Of a DNA stretch of 64,000 nucleotides, positions 12,863-24,857 are shown one piece after another. Numbering within the stretch: position 1 is the stretch's first letter; the number at the start of each line of letters is the position of its first letter. The DNA is from Methanobacteriota archaeon (GTDB taxonomy: Archaea > Methanobacteriota > Methanobacteria > Methanobacteriales > Methanobacteriaceae): the NCBI GenBank assembly GCA_963787255.1, contig CAWBCJ010000029.1, forward strand, positions 448,001 to 512,000, in the 5' to 3' direction. The notes beneath the pieces are model-generated. The model searched no databases. It saw nothing but the letters and a program-made list of their open reading frames with translations, and had not been told where the DNA came from. The translations under genes were made by a program, and so were the position numbers.

Positions 12863-14854
12863 TTATTTGGCCTGGCCTGTTCCGCCAAGTGCCGCTTCGA
12901 TTTGAGCCATGATTTGGGCTGTTTTGAAGTGACTCTGGTCCATTGCTCCAGATGGGCATGCTGCAACACATGTTCCGCATCCGTGACAGAGTGCAATGTT
13001 AACTGCTGCCTGTTCATCTTCTCTGGATAGAGCACCGTATGGACATAGTTCAATACAAACTGCACATCCACCACAGACATCTGTATCGGTAACTGCGACG
13101 ATTGGTTCAATTTCCACTTCACCTTTAACCATTGGGATAGCTGCTCTTGCTGCAGCACCTGATGCTTGTGCTACGGAGTCAGGAATATCTTTTGGTCCTT
13201 GAGCTACACCTGCAAGGTATACACCTTCAGTGAGTGTGTCTACAGGTCTGAGTTTTGGGTGAGCTTCCATTAAGAACCCATCTGCACTTTTGGAGAGTCC
13301 GATGGTCTGTCTTAGTTTCTCTGCACCTGCTGGTGGTACTAAACCGGCTGCAAGTACAACCATGTCGTAGTTGTATTCAGTTACTCTTCCAAGTAAGCTG
13401 TCTTCACTTCTGACGGTTAATGTTTCGTCAGGGTTTCCAAGAACTGCTGCTGGCCGTCCTCTTATGAATTTAATACCGTATTTTTCTTGTGAACGTTTGT
13501 AGAACTCTTCGAATCCTTTACCGAATGCTCTTATATCCATGTAGTAAATTGCAACTTCAGTATCAGGCATTTTGTCCTTTACGAGTTGAGCGTTCTTCAT
13601 AGAGTGCATACAGCAAACTCTTGAACAGTACTCGTTACCCACTTTTTCGTCCCTTGAACCGACACATAAGATGAATGCAACGCTTTTTGGTTTTTGACCG
13701 TCGGATGGTTTTAAGACTTTACCTTCGGTTGGTCCTGATGCGTTGATCTGTCTTTCAATTTCTAGACCGGTAATAACGTTAGCGTTATCAGCGTATCCAT
13801 ATTCGAGTTTTTCGTTAGCATCAAACTGGTCGTAACCTGTTGCAACTATGATTGTACCTACATCGAGTTCAACTTCTTCTGGTTCCTGGCCGTGCTGTAC
13901 TGCTCCTCTTTCACATATTTGATCACAGAGGTTACATTCGATACAGTAATCTTTGTCGATTGTAGCGAGGAGTGGTACCGCTTGTGGGAACGGGATGTAT
14001 GCTGCTTTTACCATTCCAATTCCTTCATCGAAGTAGTTTGGAATTTCTATTGGGCAGACATCTACGCATGATCCGCATCCTACACATAAATCTTCGTCTA
14101 TGTATCTTGGTTTTCTTTCTACGGTTACTTTGAAGTTTCCAATGTATCCTTCTACATCTTTAACTTCTGAGTAAGATAATAGTTCAATATTTTCGTGTTT
14201 TCCACAGTCCACCATTTTAGGTGCGAGAATACACATGGAACAATCGAGAGTTGGGAATGTCTTATCTAACTGGGCCATTCTTCCACCAATGGTAGGTTGT
14301 TTTTCTACCAGGTAGGTTTTGAATCCCATGTCAGCTAAATCGAGTGCGGATTGAATTCCTGCAACTCCACCACCAATAACTAAAGCTTTATTAGTTACAC
14401 TAACTGTTTCAGATACTAGAGGTTCTAATAATCTTGCTTTTGCAACTGCCATTCTTGTTAGGTCTTTTGCCTTTTCAGTTGCAGCTTCAGGTTCGTTCAT
14501 GTGTACCCATGAATCGTGTTCCCTTATGTTTGCAAATTCAAATAAAAATGGGTTTAATCCAGCTTCTCTAACACATCTTCTGAATGTTGGCTCGTGGAGC
14601 CTTGGTGAGCATGCTGCTACAACGACTCTGTTCAATCCTTTTTCTTTAATGTCCTTCTGGATCATTTCTTGACCTGGATCTGAACAGAAGTATTTGTATT
14701 CTTCACTTACAACAACGTTTGGGAGTGTTGCTGCATAATCTTTAATTGCATCAATGTCTACAACACCACCGATGTTGATTCCACAGTGACACACGTATAC
14801 TCCTATTTTAGGTTCTTCAGTAGTTTCTTGCATTTCTTTTTTTTCTTCTGCCAA
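12863..14854 (-). CDS. hdrA: CoB--CoM heterodisulfide reductase subunit A
   Basis: [28 protein letters not shown] motif, [26 protein letters not shown], multiple ferredoxin motifs. Confidence 0.98.
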   Translation of the reverse strand: MAEEKKEMQETTEEPKIGVYVCHCGINIGGVVDIDAIKDYAATLPNVVVSEEYKYFCSDPGQEMIQKDIKEKGLNRVVVAACSPRLHEPTFRRCVREAGLNPFLFEFANIREHDSWVHMNEPEAATEKAKDLTRMAVAKARLLEPLVSETVSVTNKALVIGGGVAGIQSALDLADMGFKTYLVEKQPTIGGRMAQLDKTFPTLDCSMCILAPKMVDCGKHENIELLSYSEVKDVEGYIGNFKVTVERKPRYIDEDLCVGCGSCVDVCPIEIPNYFDEGIGMVKAAYIPFPQAVPLLATIDKDYCIECNLCDQICERGAVQHGQEPEEVELDVGTIIVATGYDQFDANEKLEYGYADNANVITGLEIERQINASGPTEGKVLKPSDGQKPKSVAFILCVGSRDEKVGNEYCSRVCCMHSMKNAQLVKDKMPDTEVAIYYMDIRAFGKGFEEFYKRSQEKYGIKFIRGRPAAVLGNPDETLTVRSEDSLLGRVTEYNYDMVVLAAGLVPPAGAEKLRQTIGLSKSADGFLMEAHPKLRPVDTLTEGVYLAGVAQGPKDIPDSVAQASGAAARAAIPMVKGEVEIEPIVAVTDTDVCGGCAVCIELCPYGALSREDEQAAVNIALCHGCGTCVAACPSGAMDQSHFKTAQIMAQIEAALGGTGQAK

Positions 14855-15139
14855 TTAGATCACCTTTTCACTTGTGTGATGAATGATTTTTATGTATATG
14901 ATGTAGGGTCTATCTATACAATATTTATAAAGTTTTCTATTTATTTTTTTATACAAAGTATATATGGGAGAACAGGGATTGGAGATGAAATTATCCAAAT
15001 TTATAAAAACTAAAAAATTCATCCATGTCTACTATTACTTCTATATTCCTCGAATATTATTTTTTTTATTTAATATTGCAAACTTATAGTATTATTAAAA
15101 AAAATTTTATTTTTTTCTTTAATTTTTGAAGTTGATCTT

Positions 15140-16045
15140 TCAACTTAAAATCAATAATATCAATGGAATTGTTGTCAAACTCAATATTGTACTTGCAAAT
15201 ATACAAGCAGAAGCGGTTTTAACGTCAAGATCATAAGTAATTGCCAGAACCAGGCTGAGCATTGCAGATGGCATTGCGGCCTCTATAATTGTTACCTGTC
15301 TTTCAAGGCCATCTATTCCTAATATTAATACAATTATTGATGCAATTACAGGAGCTATAATTAATTTAATGATAGAAACAGAAAATACAGCCTGAATATT
15401 TTCTTTTATTCCTCTAAATTCCAGTGATAATCCTAATGATATCATTATAAGTGGAATGGCAGCATTACCTAAATAATCAAGTGTATTAGTTACTACAAAT
15501 CCAATATCAAAATTTATAAAGTTTAGAATGAGGGCCAAAGCTACTGCCCATAATGGTGGAAAAATTAAGGCCCTCTTAAGGATTGTTGTATATTTTCCCC
15601 CGTAGATTAAAAGGAGCAAAACTCCAAAACTAATGAAGAGTATCATAGATCCGAGATCATAAAAAACAGCTCTTACAAGACCTTCCCCACCAAAAACTCC
15701 TAGGACGACAGGGTATCCAAGAAAGCCAGAATTAAACATCGCAGCAGTTAATACAATGCTCCAACGAGTCTTTTTAGGATACTTCTGAATTGTTGCAAAA
15801 ACATAAGCAATTAAACCGCTTAGAATTCCTACAAGTATGCAGATAAATGGTATAGGGGCTATAACTGGAAGAATGGATAGATCAATGTCGTAAATTGCCA
15901 GAAAGATCAATGAGGGGATTGCAATATTTATCACAATTTTATTTAATGCCATGGCATGATCTGCCTTTAAAATGCCTATTCTTTTAAAGGAATAGCCAAT
16001 TACTATCATTATTATAATGGGAATGATTGTTTCAATTGAATTCAT
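15140..16045 (-). CDS. AEC (auxin efflux carrier) family transporter
   Basis: About 10 hydrophobic segments, NSGFLGYP, AAMPSA motifs; start at MNSIETI assumed (track extends to 16084). Confidence 0.9.
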   Translation of the reverse strand: MNSIETIIPIIIMIVIGYSFKRIGILKADHAMALNKIVINIAIPSLIFLAIYDIDLSILPVIAPIPFICILVGILSGLIAYVFATIQKYPKKTRWSIVLTAAMFNSGFLGYPVVLGVFGGEGLVRAVFYDLGSMILFISFGVLLLLIYGGKYTTILKRALIFPPLWAVALALILNFINFDIGFVVTNTLDYLGNAAIPLIMISLGLSLEFRGIKENIQAVFSVSIIKLIIAPVIASIIVLILGIDGLERQVTIIEAAMPSAMLSLVLAITYDLDVKTASACIFASTILSLTTIPLILLILS

Positions 16046-16118
16046 TTTTAAACCTGAATTAGAAATTAATATATTTATTTTCAAAAGAGATTTTGCTATA
16101 TGATTTTAGCTTTTTAAA

Positions 16119-16320
16119 TTATAATATTTTTGCTAACTTGCCATTTTTGAAGATTCTTAATTCTCCCGGTTTAAAAGAATGCCATTTTTCATTAGTTAAT
16201 GGCATTGTTGCTATTAATATGTCCTTCTTTTTTGATGTTTCCTGTTTTTTAAGGTGAACTTCATAATGTTCGTCTGATATAAGGTGTATGGCTGTAAGGT
16301 GCACTGCGGTGAAGATGAAA
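16119..16320 (-). pseudogene. C-terminal remnant of a class II glutamine amidotransferase (YafJ/EgtC-like)
   Basis: IATMPLTNEKWHSFKPGELRIFKNG resembles the family C-terminus; HRSAPYS lies in an adjacent frame; no plausible start or N-terminal Cys domain. Confidence 0.55.
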
Positions 16321-16374
16321 ATAATATTAATTATAATTTCAAAACAGAACAAATATAAATTTAAAATAAATAGA

Positions 16375-16407
16375 AAAAACAAAAAATAGGCATGATTAAA
16401 TCATGCC
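16375..16407 (-). terminator. Hairpin plus T-runs downstream of radA
   Basis: GGCATGATT-A-AATCATGCC (16389-16407) followed on minus strand by T6-G-T6. Confidence 0.65.
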
Positions 16408-16435
16408 GAGCTATTTTAAACCTTAAAAGTCTTTA

Positions 16436-17371
16436 TTAGTCAGTTACCCCTTCAGTAACTATCTTAAAGACTGCTTCACCCTCCGGTAAATGAGGACTGT
16501 CTACAAGTCTTGCAATTCTCTTTCCAGCAAGTCCCTTTTTAAGCCAGATTCTGTAGGTTGCAGCGTGTGCAAGTACGTGACCACCAATAGCTTTAGTTGG
16601 GCTTCCAAAGAAAGCATCAGGTCTTGCCTGCACCTGATTTGTGACAAATACGGCTACATTGTAGGTATTTGCAATGTTCTGTAGCGTGTGAAGGTGCTGG
16701 TTTAGTTTTTGCTGCCTTGTTGCGAGTGTTTCTCTCCCTACATATTCTGCCCTAAAGTGAGCGGTTAGAGAATCTACTATAACCAGTTTTATGTTTACTC
16801 CACTTTGAATTAATTCATTTATTTTGTCTGCCATTAGAATCTGGTGACTTGAATTGAAAGCCCTTGCAATATGTATTTTTTGTAGGACTTCTTCTGAATC
16901 AAGTTCAAATCCTGCAGCAATTTGCTTTATTCTTTCTGGTCTGAATGTGTTTTCTGTATCTAAAAAGATACATTCTCCATTAAGACCTCCTTTTTCTTCT
17001 GGAAGTTGAACTGTAACTGCAATTTCGTGAGATATTTGACTTTTACCTGAACCGAATTCACCAAAAACTTCGGTTATGGCTTGAGTTTCGAATCCACCAC
17101 CAATAAGTTCGTCAACAGCAGTGCTTCCACAGGTTATTCTCCCCACATCTTTCCTTCGTTCCATGACGTCAAATGCGGTTTCAAAGTCAATTGATTCGGC
17201 TTTTCTTGCAGCTTCAATGACTTTTTCAGCGACTCCTTCACCGATTTCAGCTTTTACACTGAGTTCTTTGGCTGTTGCTGTTGCAAGTCTCATCATGTCT
17301 GCAAAACCGGCATCTCTAAGTTTTTGAGCGGTTTTTTCCCCAACATTGGGTAAATCTTCTAATTCGACCAT
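16436..17371 (-). CDS. radA: DNA repair and recombination protein RadA
   Basis: N-terminal Hh[36 protein letters not shown]; no intein. Confidence 0.98.
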   Translation of the reverse strand: MVELEDLPNVGEKTAQKLRDAGFADMMRLATATAKELSVKAEIGEGVAEKVIEAARKAESIDFETAFDVMERRKDVGRITCGSTAVDELIGGGFETQAITEVFGEFGSGKSQISHEIAVTVQLPEEKGGLNGECIFLDTENTFRPERIKQIAAGFELDSEEVLQKIHIARAFNSSHQILMADKINELIQSGVNIKLVIVDSLTAHFRAEYVGRETLATRQQKLNQHLHTLQNIANTYNVAVFVTNQVQARPDAFFGSPTKAIGGHVLAHAATYRIWLKKGLAGKRIARLVDSPHLPEGEAVFKIVTEGVTD

Positions 17372-17453
17372 TTTGATTCTCCTTGATGTTTATAAAAATT
17401 ATTTCATGGAATTTAAGCTCTAAAAAAAAGCAAACGAATTTATGTTTAAGAAC

Positions 17454-19829
17454 TTATAATTCCTTACCCACTATCTTCTTGGCAATTAGCCTTATCTCCT
17501 CGTTGTATTCATCGAAGCTTGCATCCGCAATTACTGTAATGGTGCTACCTATCAGGTCTTCCACCTTTTCTGCGAGGGATCCTTCATCTGCAGTCTTCAT
17601 AATCACTTCATTTGCCTCATCTGTAGTCATTCCAATGAGCTCTTCAGCAAGTTTTCTGAAGAATGTTGTTCTGACAGTTCCAGTGTCGTCTTCTATTACA
17701 CATGGAAGTATCATTAGATAGTTTGGCTTCTGTATTTCTTCTCCGCAGAAATCACAAATAAATGCATCATCGACATATTCAACTCTTTTATTGCAATTTG
17801 GACACATTTCATAAAGTATCCTATCGCCATAAGCTTCAGCAATCTTTCCACTTACCTTAATATTTTTATCTTCCTCTTCAATTTCCTCAATTTTCCGTGT
17901 TTTGTAAATAGATTCCTCAATTTCTTCAAGTGACGGAATTGACTGCATATCCTCGTCTTTAGGCTTTATAACTATTGTTGCTCTTCCAACACTGAGTTCA
18001 ACGCTGTCATTACGGAATCTTGGACGTGCATTTTTAATCCAGATTGAATCTCCTCTGTTTAATCCCATTTCGGCCTTTTCATCCCAGAACGAAGCTCTTA
18101 CAGAACCAGTATCGTCAGCCAGTTCTACTGATCTTACCATTCCCATGGTCCCGTTTGATCTCTGGAATTCATTTACATCGTAAAGGTTAATCACACGCCC
18201 GATTACTCCCACCTCATCCTTTTCACTGTTAATATTCTCTAAATCCCCTATTTTAACGGGTTTATACATGATATCTTCGAGTTTATCAAGTGAAGGGAGA
18301 CTTTGACCATCATCATTCATTACTATTACTCTAACTGTTTTGCCAATGCTTAGCTCCACTTTGTCGTCTCTGAACCTTGTTTTTGCATTTTCTATCTTTA
18401 CAAGATTTCCTCTGTTTAATCTGAGCTCTGCTTTTTCGTCCCATAATGAAGCCCTCACAGTTCCAGTGTCATCAGCTATTTTAACTGATCTTACAAGCCC
18501 CACACTTCCATCAGCTCTCTGGAACTCGTTGGCATCGTAAAGCTCCATGATTCTTCCAATTATATCTACTTCTTCCCCTTCATCTTCAATTTTATGTAAA
18601 TCTTCAATTTTGATTGGTTCGAGTTCTTTTTTATGTTCCTCAAGAACATCTTTTAAACCAGCATCATCATCAGGGTTTATTGTTAGTTTACTGCTCCACC
18701 CAGTGTTTACCCTGTAATTTGTCTCTGAATACTCGTCAAATTCAATATTCCCGCCTGTAATCTTTAAAATATCGCCCTTGTTAATATTGAGATCTGCATC
18801 GTCATTCCAGAGGGTTACTTTTATTGAACCAGTTCCATCTGAAATTACAATAGACTTTACAGCTCCAGCAGTTCCATCGGAACGTTCAAAGGTTATTTTA
18901 TCCTGTATTTTACTTACAACACCCATTAAAGTAACATTTTTCATTTCATGGGCGTCACCTATTTTCATCACACTTTCTTCGTGTTCTGGAACGTCAAATT
19001 CACCTTTTACTATTCTCCCAATCCATGAATGGGCTAAATTTACTTCCCCGTTCCTCACACGGCTTTGCGCCCCTAATATTTTTACAGAATCTCCTTCTTT
19101 GAGTTCTATCTCGTCAAGGAGTTCAACATCTTTGTTCCATAGGGTAAAAGATATTGAACCTGTTTCATCTTTTAAATCAAGAGTAATAAACTTCCCTTCC
19201 CTGCCATTGCTGTTGTATGTCCGTATTCTTGATATTCGGACAACTCTGGCAATTATATTGACCTGCATTTCGCCTTTAATATCGGAAATTGATGTTATTT
19301 TCTCGTCATAAACAGGATATTTTCCTGCATCTTCACCACCAAGTTTTTCTATGGTTGATCTGCCCTGCATGTGAGCTTCTTGAGCTCTATATCCGTCCTT
19401 TATTTCTACATTGTTTATTTTTACAATATCTCCTTCTGAAATCTTTTTAAGGAGTTTAATGTTATCAGTCCATAAAACGACACGAATTTCACCGCTGGTA
19501 TCTGCAATCATGAGATTTGCTACTTTGCCTTCTTTTCCTTTTTTTGTTGTAAATGCCTTGACGTTAGAAATTCGCATTACCCTTCCAGTTATGCTTATAT
19601 CGTGTAAACCGGTTTCAAGTTCAGATATATCACGTGATTCGTTATCCTTGGCAACAGGAACGTTTTTTTCGTCTATATACTCTCCTACTATCATTCTTGC
19701 AATATCCAGCTCGTCCATGAAGCTTACGTCTTCATAGTCTTTTTTCATTTCTTCTATTTTCTTCAAGAATTCATCATAAGAAATTTTTTCGCTGATTCGC
19801 TGGTATTCACTTTTTATATCATTTTCCAT
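17454..19829 (-). CDS. rpa: Replication protein A, multi-OB-fold with zinc ribbon
   Basis: Repeated OB folds with D.TG.I...LW motif and C-terminal CPNC..CDFC; upstream of radA. Confidence 0.93.
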   Translation of the reverse strand: MENDIKSEYQRISEKISYDEFLKKIEEMKKDYEDVSFMDELDIARMIVGEYIDEKNVPVAKDNESRDISELETGLHDISITGRVMRISNVKAFTTKKGKEGKVANLMIADTSGEIRVVLWTDNIKLLKKISEGDIVKINNVEIKDGYRAQEAHMQGRSTIEKLGGEDAGKYPVYDEKITSISDIKGEMQVNIIARVVRISRIRTYNSNGREGKFITLDLKDETGSISFTLWNKDVELLDEIELKEGDSVKILGAQSRVRNGEVNLAHSWIGRIVKGEFDVPEHEESVMKIGDAHEMKNVTLMGVVSKIQDKITFERSDGTAGAVKSIVISDGTGSIKVTLWNDDADLNINKGDILKITGGNIEFDEYSETNYRVNTGWSSKLTINPDDDAGLKDVLEEHKKELEPIKIEDLHKIEDEGEEVDIIGRIMELYDANEFQRADGSVGLVRSVKIADDTGTVRASLWDEKAELRLNRGNLVKIENAKTRFRDDKVELSIGKTVRVIVMNDDGQSLPSLDKLEDIMYKPVKIGDLENINSEKDEVGVIGRVINLYDVNEFQRSNGTMGMVRSVELADDTGSVRASFWDEKAEMGLNRGDSIWIKNARPRFRNDSVELSVGRATIVIKPKDEDMQSIPSLEEIEESIYKTRKIEEIEEEDKNIKVSGKIAEAYGDRILYEMCPNCNKRVEYVDDAFICDFCGEEIQKPNYLMILPCVIEDDTGTVRTTFFRKLAEELIGMTTDEANEVIMKTADEGSLAEKVEDLIGSTITVIADASFDEYNEEIRLIAKKIVGKEL

Positions 19830-20046
19830 GTTGATGCCCTCACTTTGACCGACACATTTAAATTATTTGAAGAATTAACAAGTGTCATATATTATATGTA
19901 GTAGTATTTACACCACAATATATATGCTTAACTGCTAAAAAATGCAATTTTTTTCAGCCGTTTTAAGCCTATTTTTGCATTTAAACTAATTTAATTACAT
20001 TAATATACATTTGGATTTTAAATTAAAAGTATAAGGAGGATTATAG

Positions 20047-21307
20047 ATGTCAATGACAATGGCAGAGAAAATACTTGCAAAAGCCTCTGGTAAAACGGAA
20101 GTTGAGGCCGGTGAGATAGTTATGGCTAACATAGATGTCGCTATGACTCATGATCTAACTGGTCCACTGTCTGTAGAGTCTTTTGAGAAAATAGGGGTTC
20201 CAAAAGTCTGGGATCCAGAGAAAATTGTAATAGTTTTTGACCATCAGGTGCCTGCAGATTCTCTTGATGCGGCCGAAAATCACAGTATTATGCGTAAATT
20301 TGTTAAACAGCAGGGAATCAACAATTTTTATGATGTTAGAGAAGGAGTATGTCACCAAGTGCTTCCAGAAAAAGGACATATAGTACCCGGGGAAGTTGTA
20401 GTTGGAACAGACTCGCATACGTGCACTCACGGTGCATTAGGGGCATTTTCAACAGGTATAGGTTCAACAGATATGTCTATGGTATTTGCTACAGGAAAAC
20501 TGTGGTTTAAAGTACCTGAAACCATAAAATTCAATATTGAAGGTACACTTCAAGAAAATGTTTATGCAAAAGATGTTATTCTTGATATTATTGGTCAGGT
20601 AGGTGCTGACGGTGCAACATATAAGGCATGTCAATTTGATGGAGAAACTGTAGCGCAGATGTCAGTATCTGACAGAATGGTACTTTGTAACATGGCAATA
20701 GAGATGGGTGGTAAAACAGGACTTGTAGAACCTGACCAGAAAGCTCTTAATTACGTTAATGCAAGATCAAATAAATCATACGAAGTATTTAAAGGAGATA
20801 GCGATGCAGCTTCCCTTGAAATAATGGATATTGATGTAAGCGATCTTGAACCTCAAATTGCGTGTCCTCACAATGTGGACAACGTAAAGGGTATTTCAGA
20901 TGTTGCAGGAACACATATTGACCAGGTATTTCTTGGATCATGTACAAACGGCCGAATTGAAGACCTTAGAGATGCAGCAAAAATTCTTAAAGGAAATGAA
21001 GGTTTCAAACAGTATAAGAATGCTTGTAATACCCGCATCACGTGAAGTTTACACAGAAGCACTTAATGAAGGATTAATGAACATTTTTGTAGATGCAGGA
21101 GCTCTTGTTTGTAACCCATGTTGTGGGCCATGTCTGGGTGGCCATGTAGGTCTCTTAGGGCCTGGAGAAGTCAGTCTTTCAACCTCCAACAGGAACTTTA
21201 AAGGAAGACAGGGAAGTCCAGAAGCAGAAGTTTATTTAAGCTCGGCAGCAGTTGCAGCAGCATCTGCAATCACTGGAAAAATTGAGGATCCAAGAGAAGT
21301 TAAATAA
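20047..21307 (+). CDS. leuC: Isopropylmalate/citramalate isomerase large subunit (one frameshift near 20995-21000)
   Basis: DSHTCTHGA and GSCTNGR in the first ORF; CGPCLG and [12 protein letters not shown] in the overlapping ORF; joined by removing one base ([17 protein letters not shown]). Confidence 0.88.
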
Positions 21308-21318
21308 ATGGTGATATC

Positions 21319-21819
21319 ATGAAAGGAAAAGCATGGAAATTCGGCGATGATATTGATACAGATCTGATAGTTCCTGGAAGATATCTTGTATTAAGGGATG
21401 AAAAAGACCTTGCAGCCTGTGCGATGGAAGGATGCGACCCTGAATTTGCAAAAAATGTAAAACCTGGCGATATAATGGTGGGTGGTAGGAATTTTGGCTG
21501 TGGATCATCAAGGGAACACGCCCCAATTGCAATTAAAGGTGCAGGTATTTCTGCAGTGGTTGCAGAGTCATTTGCAAGAATATTTTACAGAAACTCAATT
21601 AATATAGGTCTTCCACTTATAGAAGTTAAAGGAATATCTAGGCACGTCTCCCAGGGAGATGAACTTGAAATTGATATGGAAAATGGTATTTTAAAAAACA
21701 TAACTACTGGTGAAGAGTTTAAAATTAAAGGATTGCCTGAATTTATGGTTGAAATACTCGACGAAGGCGGATTAATTCCTTATTTAAAGAATCACATTGA
21801 CGAAATAAAACAAAAATAA
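21319..21819 (+). CDS. leuD: Isopropylmalate/citramalate isomerase small subunit
   Basis: DIDTD, NFGCGSSREHA, SFARIFYRN; YLVL loop is of the LeuD type rather than the HacB YLRT type. Confidence 0.88.
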   Translation: MKGKAWKFGDDIDTDLIVPGRYLVLRDEKDLAACAMEGCDPEFAKNVKPGDIMVGGRNFGCGSSREHAPIAIKGAGISAVVAESFARIFYRNSINIGLPLIEVKGISRHVSQGDELEIDMENGILKNITTGEEFKIKGLPEFMVEILDEGGLIPYLKNHIDEIKQK

Positions 21820-21887
21820 GAATAATTAATGTTAAATACTGAACAAAAATACAAATGTTCAAATTTTATTAAAAAATAGGTGTTTTT

Positions 21888-22877
21888 ATGTACAAAATAG
21901 CTGTAATACCGGGTGACGGTATTGGAAAAGAAGTAATGGAAGCAACATTACACATATTAGAAGCTTTAGACGTTGAATTTGATTACACATTCGCAGATGC
22001 TGGAGATGAATATCAGGAAGTTTCAGGCATTGCATTACCGCAAGAAACAATAGATATAGTAAAAAATTCTCAAGCATGTTTGTTTGGAGCTGCAGGTGAA
22101 TCCGCAGCAGATGTTATTGTTAAATTAAGACAGAAATTAGACCTTTACGTTAATTTACGTCCTGTTAAATCGTATCCGGGCACAAAAAGTCTCTTCGACG
22201 ATTTAGATTTTGTGATTGTAAGGGAAAATACCGAAGGGCTTTACATAGGTATCGAAGAAGAAACAGAAGATGGTGCAACAGCTTTAAGAGTTATTACAAG
22301 GAAAGCAAGCGAAAGAATCTGCAGATTTGCATTTGAATATGTTAAAAAGACAGGTAGAAGTAAAGTTACTGCAGTTCACAAAGCTAACGTTCTTAAAAAG
22401 ACAGATGGTTTATTTAAAGAAACTTTCTACAAAGTGGCTGAAGATTTCAGTGACATTGAAACTGACGACCGTTATGTGGACGCTACCGCAATGTTTTTCT
22501 TAACAAACCCGCACATGTTCGACGTTATTGTAACCACAAACTTATTTGGGGATATCCTCTCAGACGAAGGTGCAGGATTAGTTGGAGGATTAGGATTAAT
22601 ACCTTCTGCTAATATAGGAGAAAATCACGGTTTATTCGAACCGGTACACGGCTCAGCACCAAGACATGCAGGTAAAGGAACTGCAAATCCCTCTGCAATG
22701 ATACTATCTGCAGTATTAATGCTTGATTACCTTGAAGAGCATGATGCTGCACGCACTGTTGAAAATGCTTTAATAAAAGTATTAGCAGAAAGTAAAGTGG
22801 TAACACAGGACCTTGGCGGAAGTGCATCCACAATGGAAATGGCCAGAGAAGTTAGAAGTAAAATAGAAGGTAAATAA
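21888..22877 (+). CDS. leuB: 3-isopropylmalate dehydrogenase (isocitrate/isopropylmalate dehydrogenase family)
   Basis: PGDGIGKEV, RENTEGLY, HKANV, NLFGDILSD, EPVHGSAP; operonic with leuCD. Confidence 0.85.
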   Translation: MYKIAVIPGDGIGKEVMEATLHILEALDVEFDYTFADAGDEYQEVSGIALPQETIDIVKNSQACLFGAAGESAADVIVKLRQKLDLYVNLRPVKSYPGTKSLFDDLDFVIVRENTEGLYIGIEEETEDGATALRVITRKASERICRFAFEYVKKTGRSKVTAVHKANVLKKTDGLFKETFYKVAEDFSDIETDDRYVDATAMFFLTNPHMFDVIVTTNLFGDILSDEGAGLVGGLGLIPSANIGENHGLFEPVHGSAPRHAGKGTANPSAMILSAVLMLDYLEEHDAARTVENALIKVLAESKVVTQDLGGSASTMEMAREVRSKIEGK

Positions 22878-22926
22878 TTATATTTTAAGCAGTATTCAGG
22901 TGCAAAAATATTTTGGAGTTTAATCC

Positions 22927-24132
22927 ATGGAAAATTCAAACATCAATATCAGGGCAGATATTCCATTACTTGAGGAACTGATTTATCTGGATGCTGCAAG
23001 CACCACTCCAACCCCTGAACCGGTAGTAAGAGCCATGTGTGATTACTATCACCACTTTAATGCCAACATTGGAAGGGGCGCCTACAAAACAGCAGTTAAA
23101 GCAACAACAAAATTTGAAAATGCCAGAGAAAAAATTGCAAAATTCATTAATTCGGCTAAAAATGAAGTGATATTTACAAAAAATACCACTGAAGCCATAA
23201 ATATTGTAGCAAACGGTCTGAACTTTAAAAATGGAGATTCTATAATTGTTCCCAATATAGAACATCACTCCAATTTCATCCCATGGCTTAACTTAAAGAA
23301 GAAAGGAATTAACTTAAAAGTCATAAAAGCCGATAAATATGGTATTATTGACGCTGCAGATGTTGAAAGGGCTGTTGATGAAACAACAAGGCTCATTACA
23401 ACCACTCATATCTCTAATTCTATTGGATCATGTCAGCCAATATATGAGATGGGTAGCATTGCAGAAGAAAACGATTTGCTATATCTAATTGACGCTGCTC
23501 AATCTGCAGGGCACATTAAGTTTGATGTAAAGGAAACCAAAGCTGATTTTGTTTCTTTTCCTGGCCATAAGGGACTTCTAGGCCCTGTGGGTACGGGATT
23601 TCTATACTGCAAAAATGAAGTTGCTGAAGAGATTAAACCAATGAACTTGGGTGGTGGAACCGTATCCGATGTATCAGAAGGAGACTTCACCCTTGAACCA
23701 CACCCTGCCAAATTTGAGGGAGGTACCCAAAATATAGCTGGTGTAATAGGTCTTGGAGCAGCTGTAACCTATGTGGATGATATAGGAATTGAAAATATTG
23801 AAAAACACAGCATTAAACTCACAAAGTACATGTACAATGAGATAAGCGATGTAGATAACATCATATGCTATGGTAATCCTGATAATATTCATGGGATTCT
23901 TGCTTTTAACGTGAAAGGAATGAATTCTCATGATGTTGCTAAAATACTGGATGAATTAAAGAATATATGTGTTAGGAGTGGTTATCACTGTGCTATTCCT
24001 TCAATAAAACATATAGGTGCAGATTTACTTGATGGAACGGTCAGAGCATCGGTTCATTATTACAATACCAAAGAAGAAATAGATATACTTGCAGAAACGG
24101 TGGAAGAAATATCAAAATTTGCGGGAGGCTAA
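22927..24132 (+). CDS. SufS-like cysteine desulfurase (class V aminotransferase)
   Basis: YLDAAST, EHHSN, DAAQS, GHKGLLGP, RSGYHCA (group II motif). Confidence 0.9.
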   Translation: MENSNINIRADIPLLEELIYLDAASTTPTPEPVVRAMCDYYHHFNANIGRGAYKTAVKATTKFENAREKIAKFINSAKNEVIFTKNTTEAINIVANGLNFKNGDSIIVPNIEHHSNFIPWLNLKKKGINLKVIKADKYGIIDAADVERAVDETTRLITTTHISNSIGSCQPIYEMGSIAEENDLLYLIDAAQSAGHIKFDVKETKADFVSFPGHKGLLGPVGTGFLYCKNEVAEEIKPMNLGGGTVSDVSEGDFTLEPHPAKFEGGTQNIAGVIGLGAAVTYVDDIGIENIEKHSIKLTKYMYNEISDVDNIICYGNPDNIHGILAFNVKGMNSHDVAKILDELKNICVRSGYHCAIPSIKHIGADLLDGTVRASVHYYNTKEEIDILAETVEEISKFAGG

Positions 24133-24135
24133 ATT

Positions 24136-24219
24136 ATGGAAAGACCACAACTTATAGCGCTGTTTTTAATCTTTATAATGATTTTTAGCGCTGTTGCAGC
24201 AGCTTTATTGTATTTATAA
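24136..24219 (+). CDS. 27-aa single-TM microprotein MERPQLIALFLIFIMIFSAVAAALLYL
   Basis: ATG 3 nt after upstream stop, GGGAGG SD within end of upstream gene, fully hydrophobic helix; below ORF-track cutoff. Confidence 0.7.
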   Translation: MERPQLIALFLIFIMIFSAVAAALLYL

Positions 24220-24345
24220 AACAGCAGTAATTAAATACTATATTAATTAAAACCTAAAAGTGTAAATTCAATTTAATCTTTTGTGGAACCGGAATATTAT
24301 TCGCCCGGATTTTTAGAGGTTATTGTAAAGTTTGGAGGAAATAAA

Positions 24346-24756
24346 ATGGTAAAAGTTAGATTAGGTGCAGTAGTAGCTGAATTCAACTATGATATTACTC
24401 AAATGATGTTAGAATTAGCTAAAGAGCATGCTAAATTTTTAGATTCTGAAATAACAAAAGTAATCACCGTACCTGGCGTTTTTGACATGCCTCTTGCCAT
24501 TAAAAAACTACTGAAGGAAGAAGATATAGATGCAGTTATAACCCTTGGAGCTGTTATAGAAGGTGCAACATCCCACGATGAGATAGTTGTTCAACATGCT
24601 TCACGTAAAATAGCAGATTTAGCACTTGAATATGATAAACCAGTTGCTTTAGGAATATCTGGTCCCGGAATGACACGTTTAGAGGCCCATCAGCGTGTAG
24701 ATTATGGTAAACGTGCTGTTGAAGCTGCTGTGAAGATGTGTGATCGTTTAAAATAA
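24346..24756 (+). CDS. ribH: 6,7-dimethyl-8-ribityllumazine synthase
   Basis: [32 protein letters not shown]; GGAGG SD before ATG 24346. Confidence 0.96.
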   Translation: MVKVRLGAVVAEFNYDITQMMLELAKEHAKFLDSEITKVITVPGVFDMPLAIKKLLKEEDIDAVITLGAVIEGATSHDEIVVQHASRKIADLALEYDKPVALGISGPGMTRLEAHQRVDYGKRAVEAAVKMCDRLK

Positions 24757-24857
24757 TTTTTATCCTTCTTTTTATTAATTTATAACTGCATAATTTTATT
24801 TTAGATAAAATTAAATCCGCACTAAGATTAATTTATTCAAATGAAATGGGTATAACT

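Noticed and set aside
12772-13158. ORFs overlapping the hdrA 3' end and 60620..60823 before truD
   Set aside because: Alternative-frame or low-complexity AT-rich read-through with no coding signal
12863-14854. hdrA without hdrBC; possible selenocysteine
   Set aside because: Separate hdrA is normal in Methanobacteriales; the relevant residue is Cys and there is no in-frame TGA
17454-19829. Internal repeats in RPA
   Set aside because: Expected multi-OB-fold architecture
20980-21010. Programmed frameshift in leuC (also leuS, truD)
   Set aside because: No slippery heptamer or stimulatory structure; fits the window-wide indel pattern
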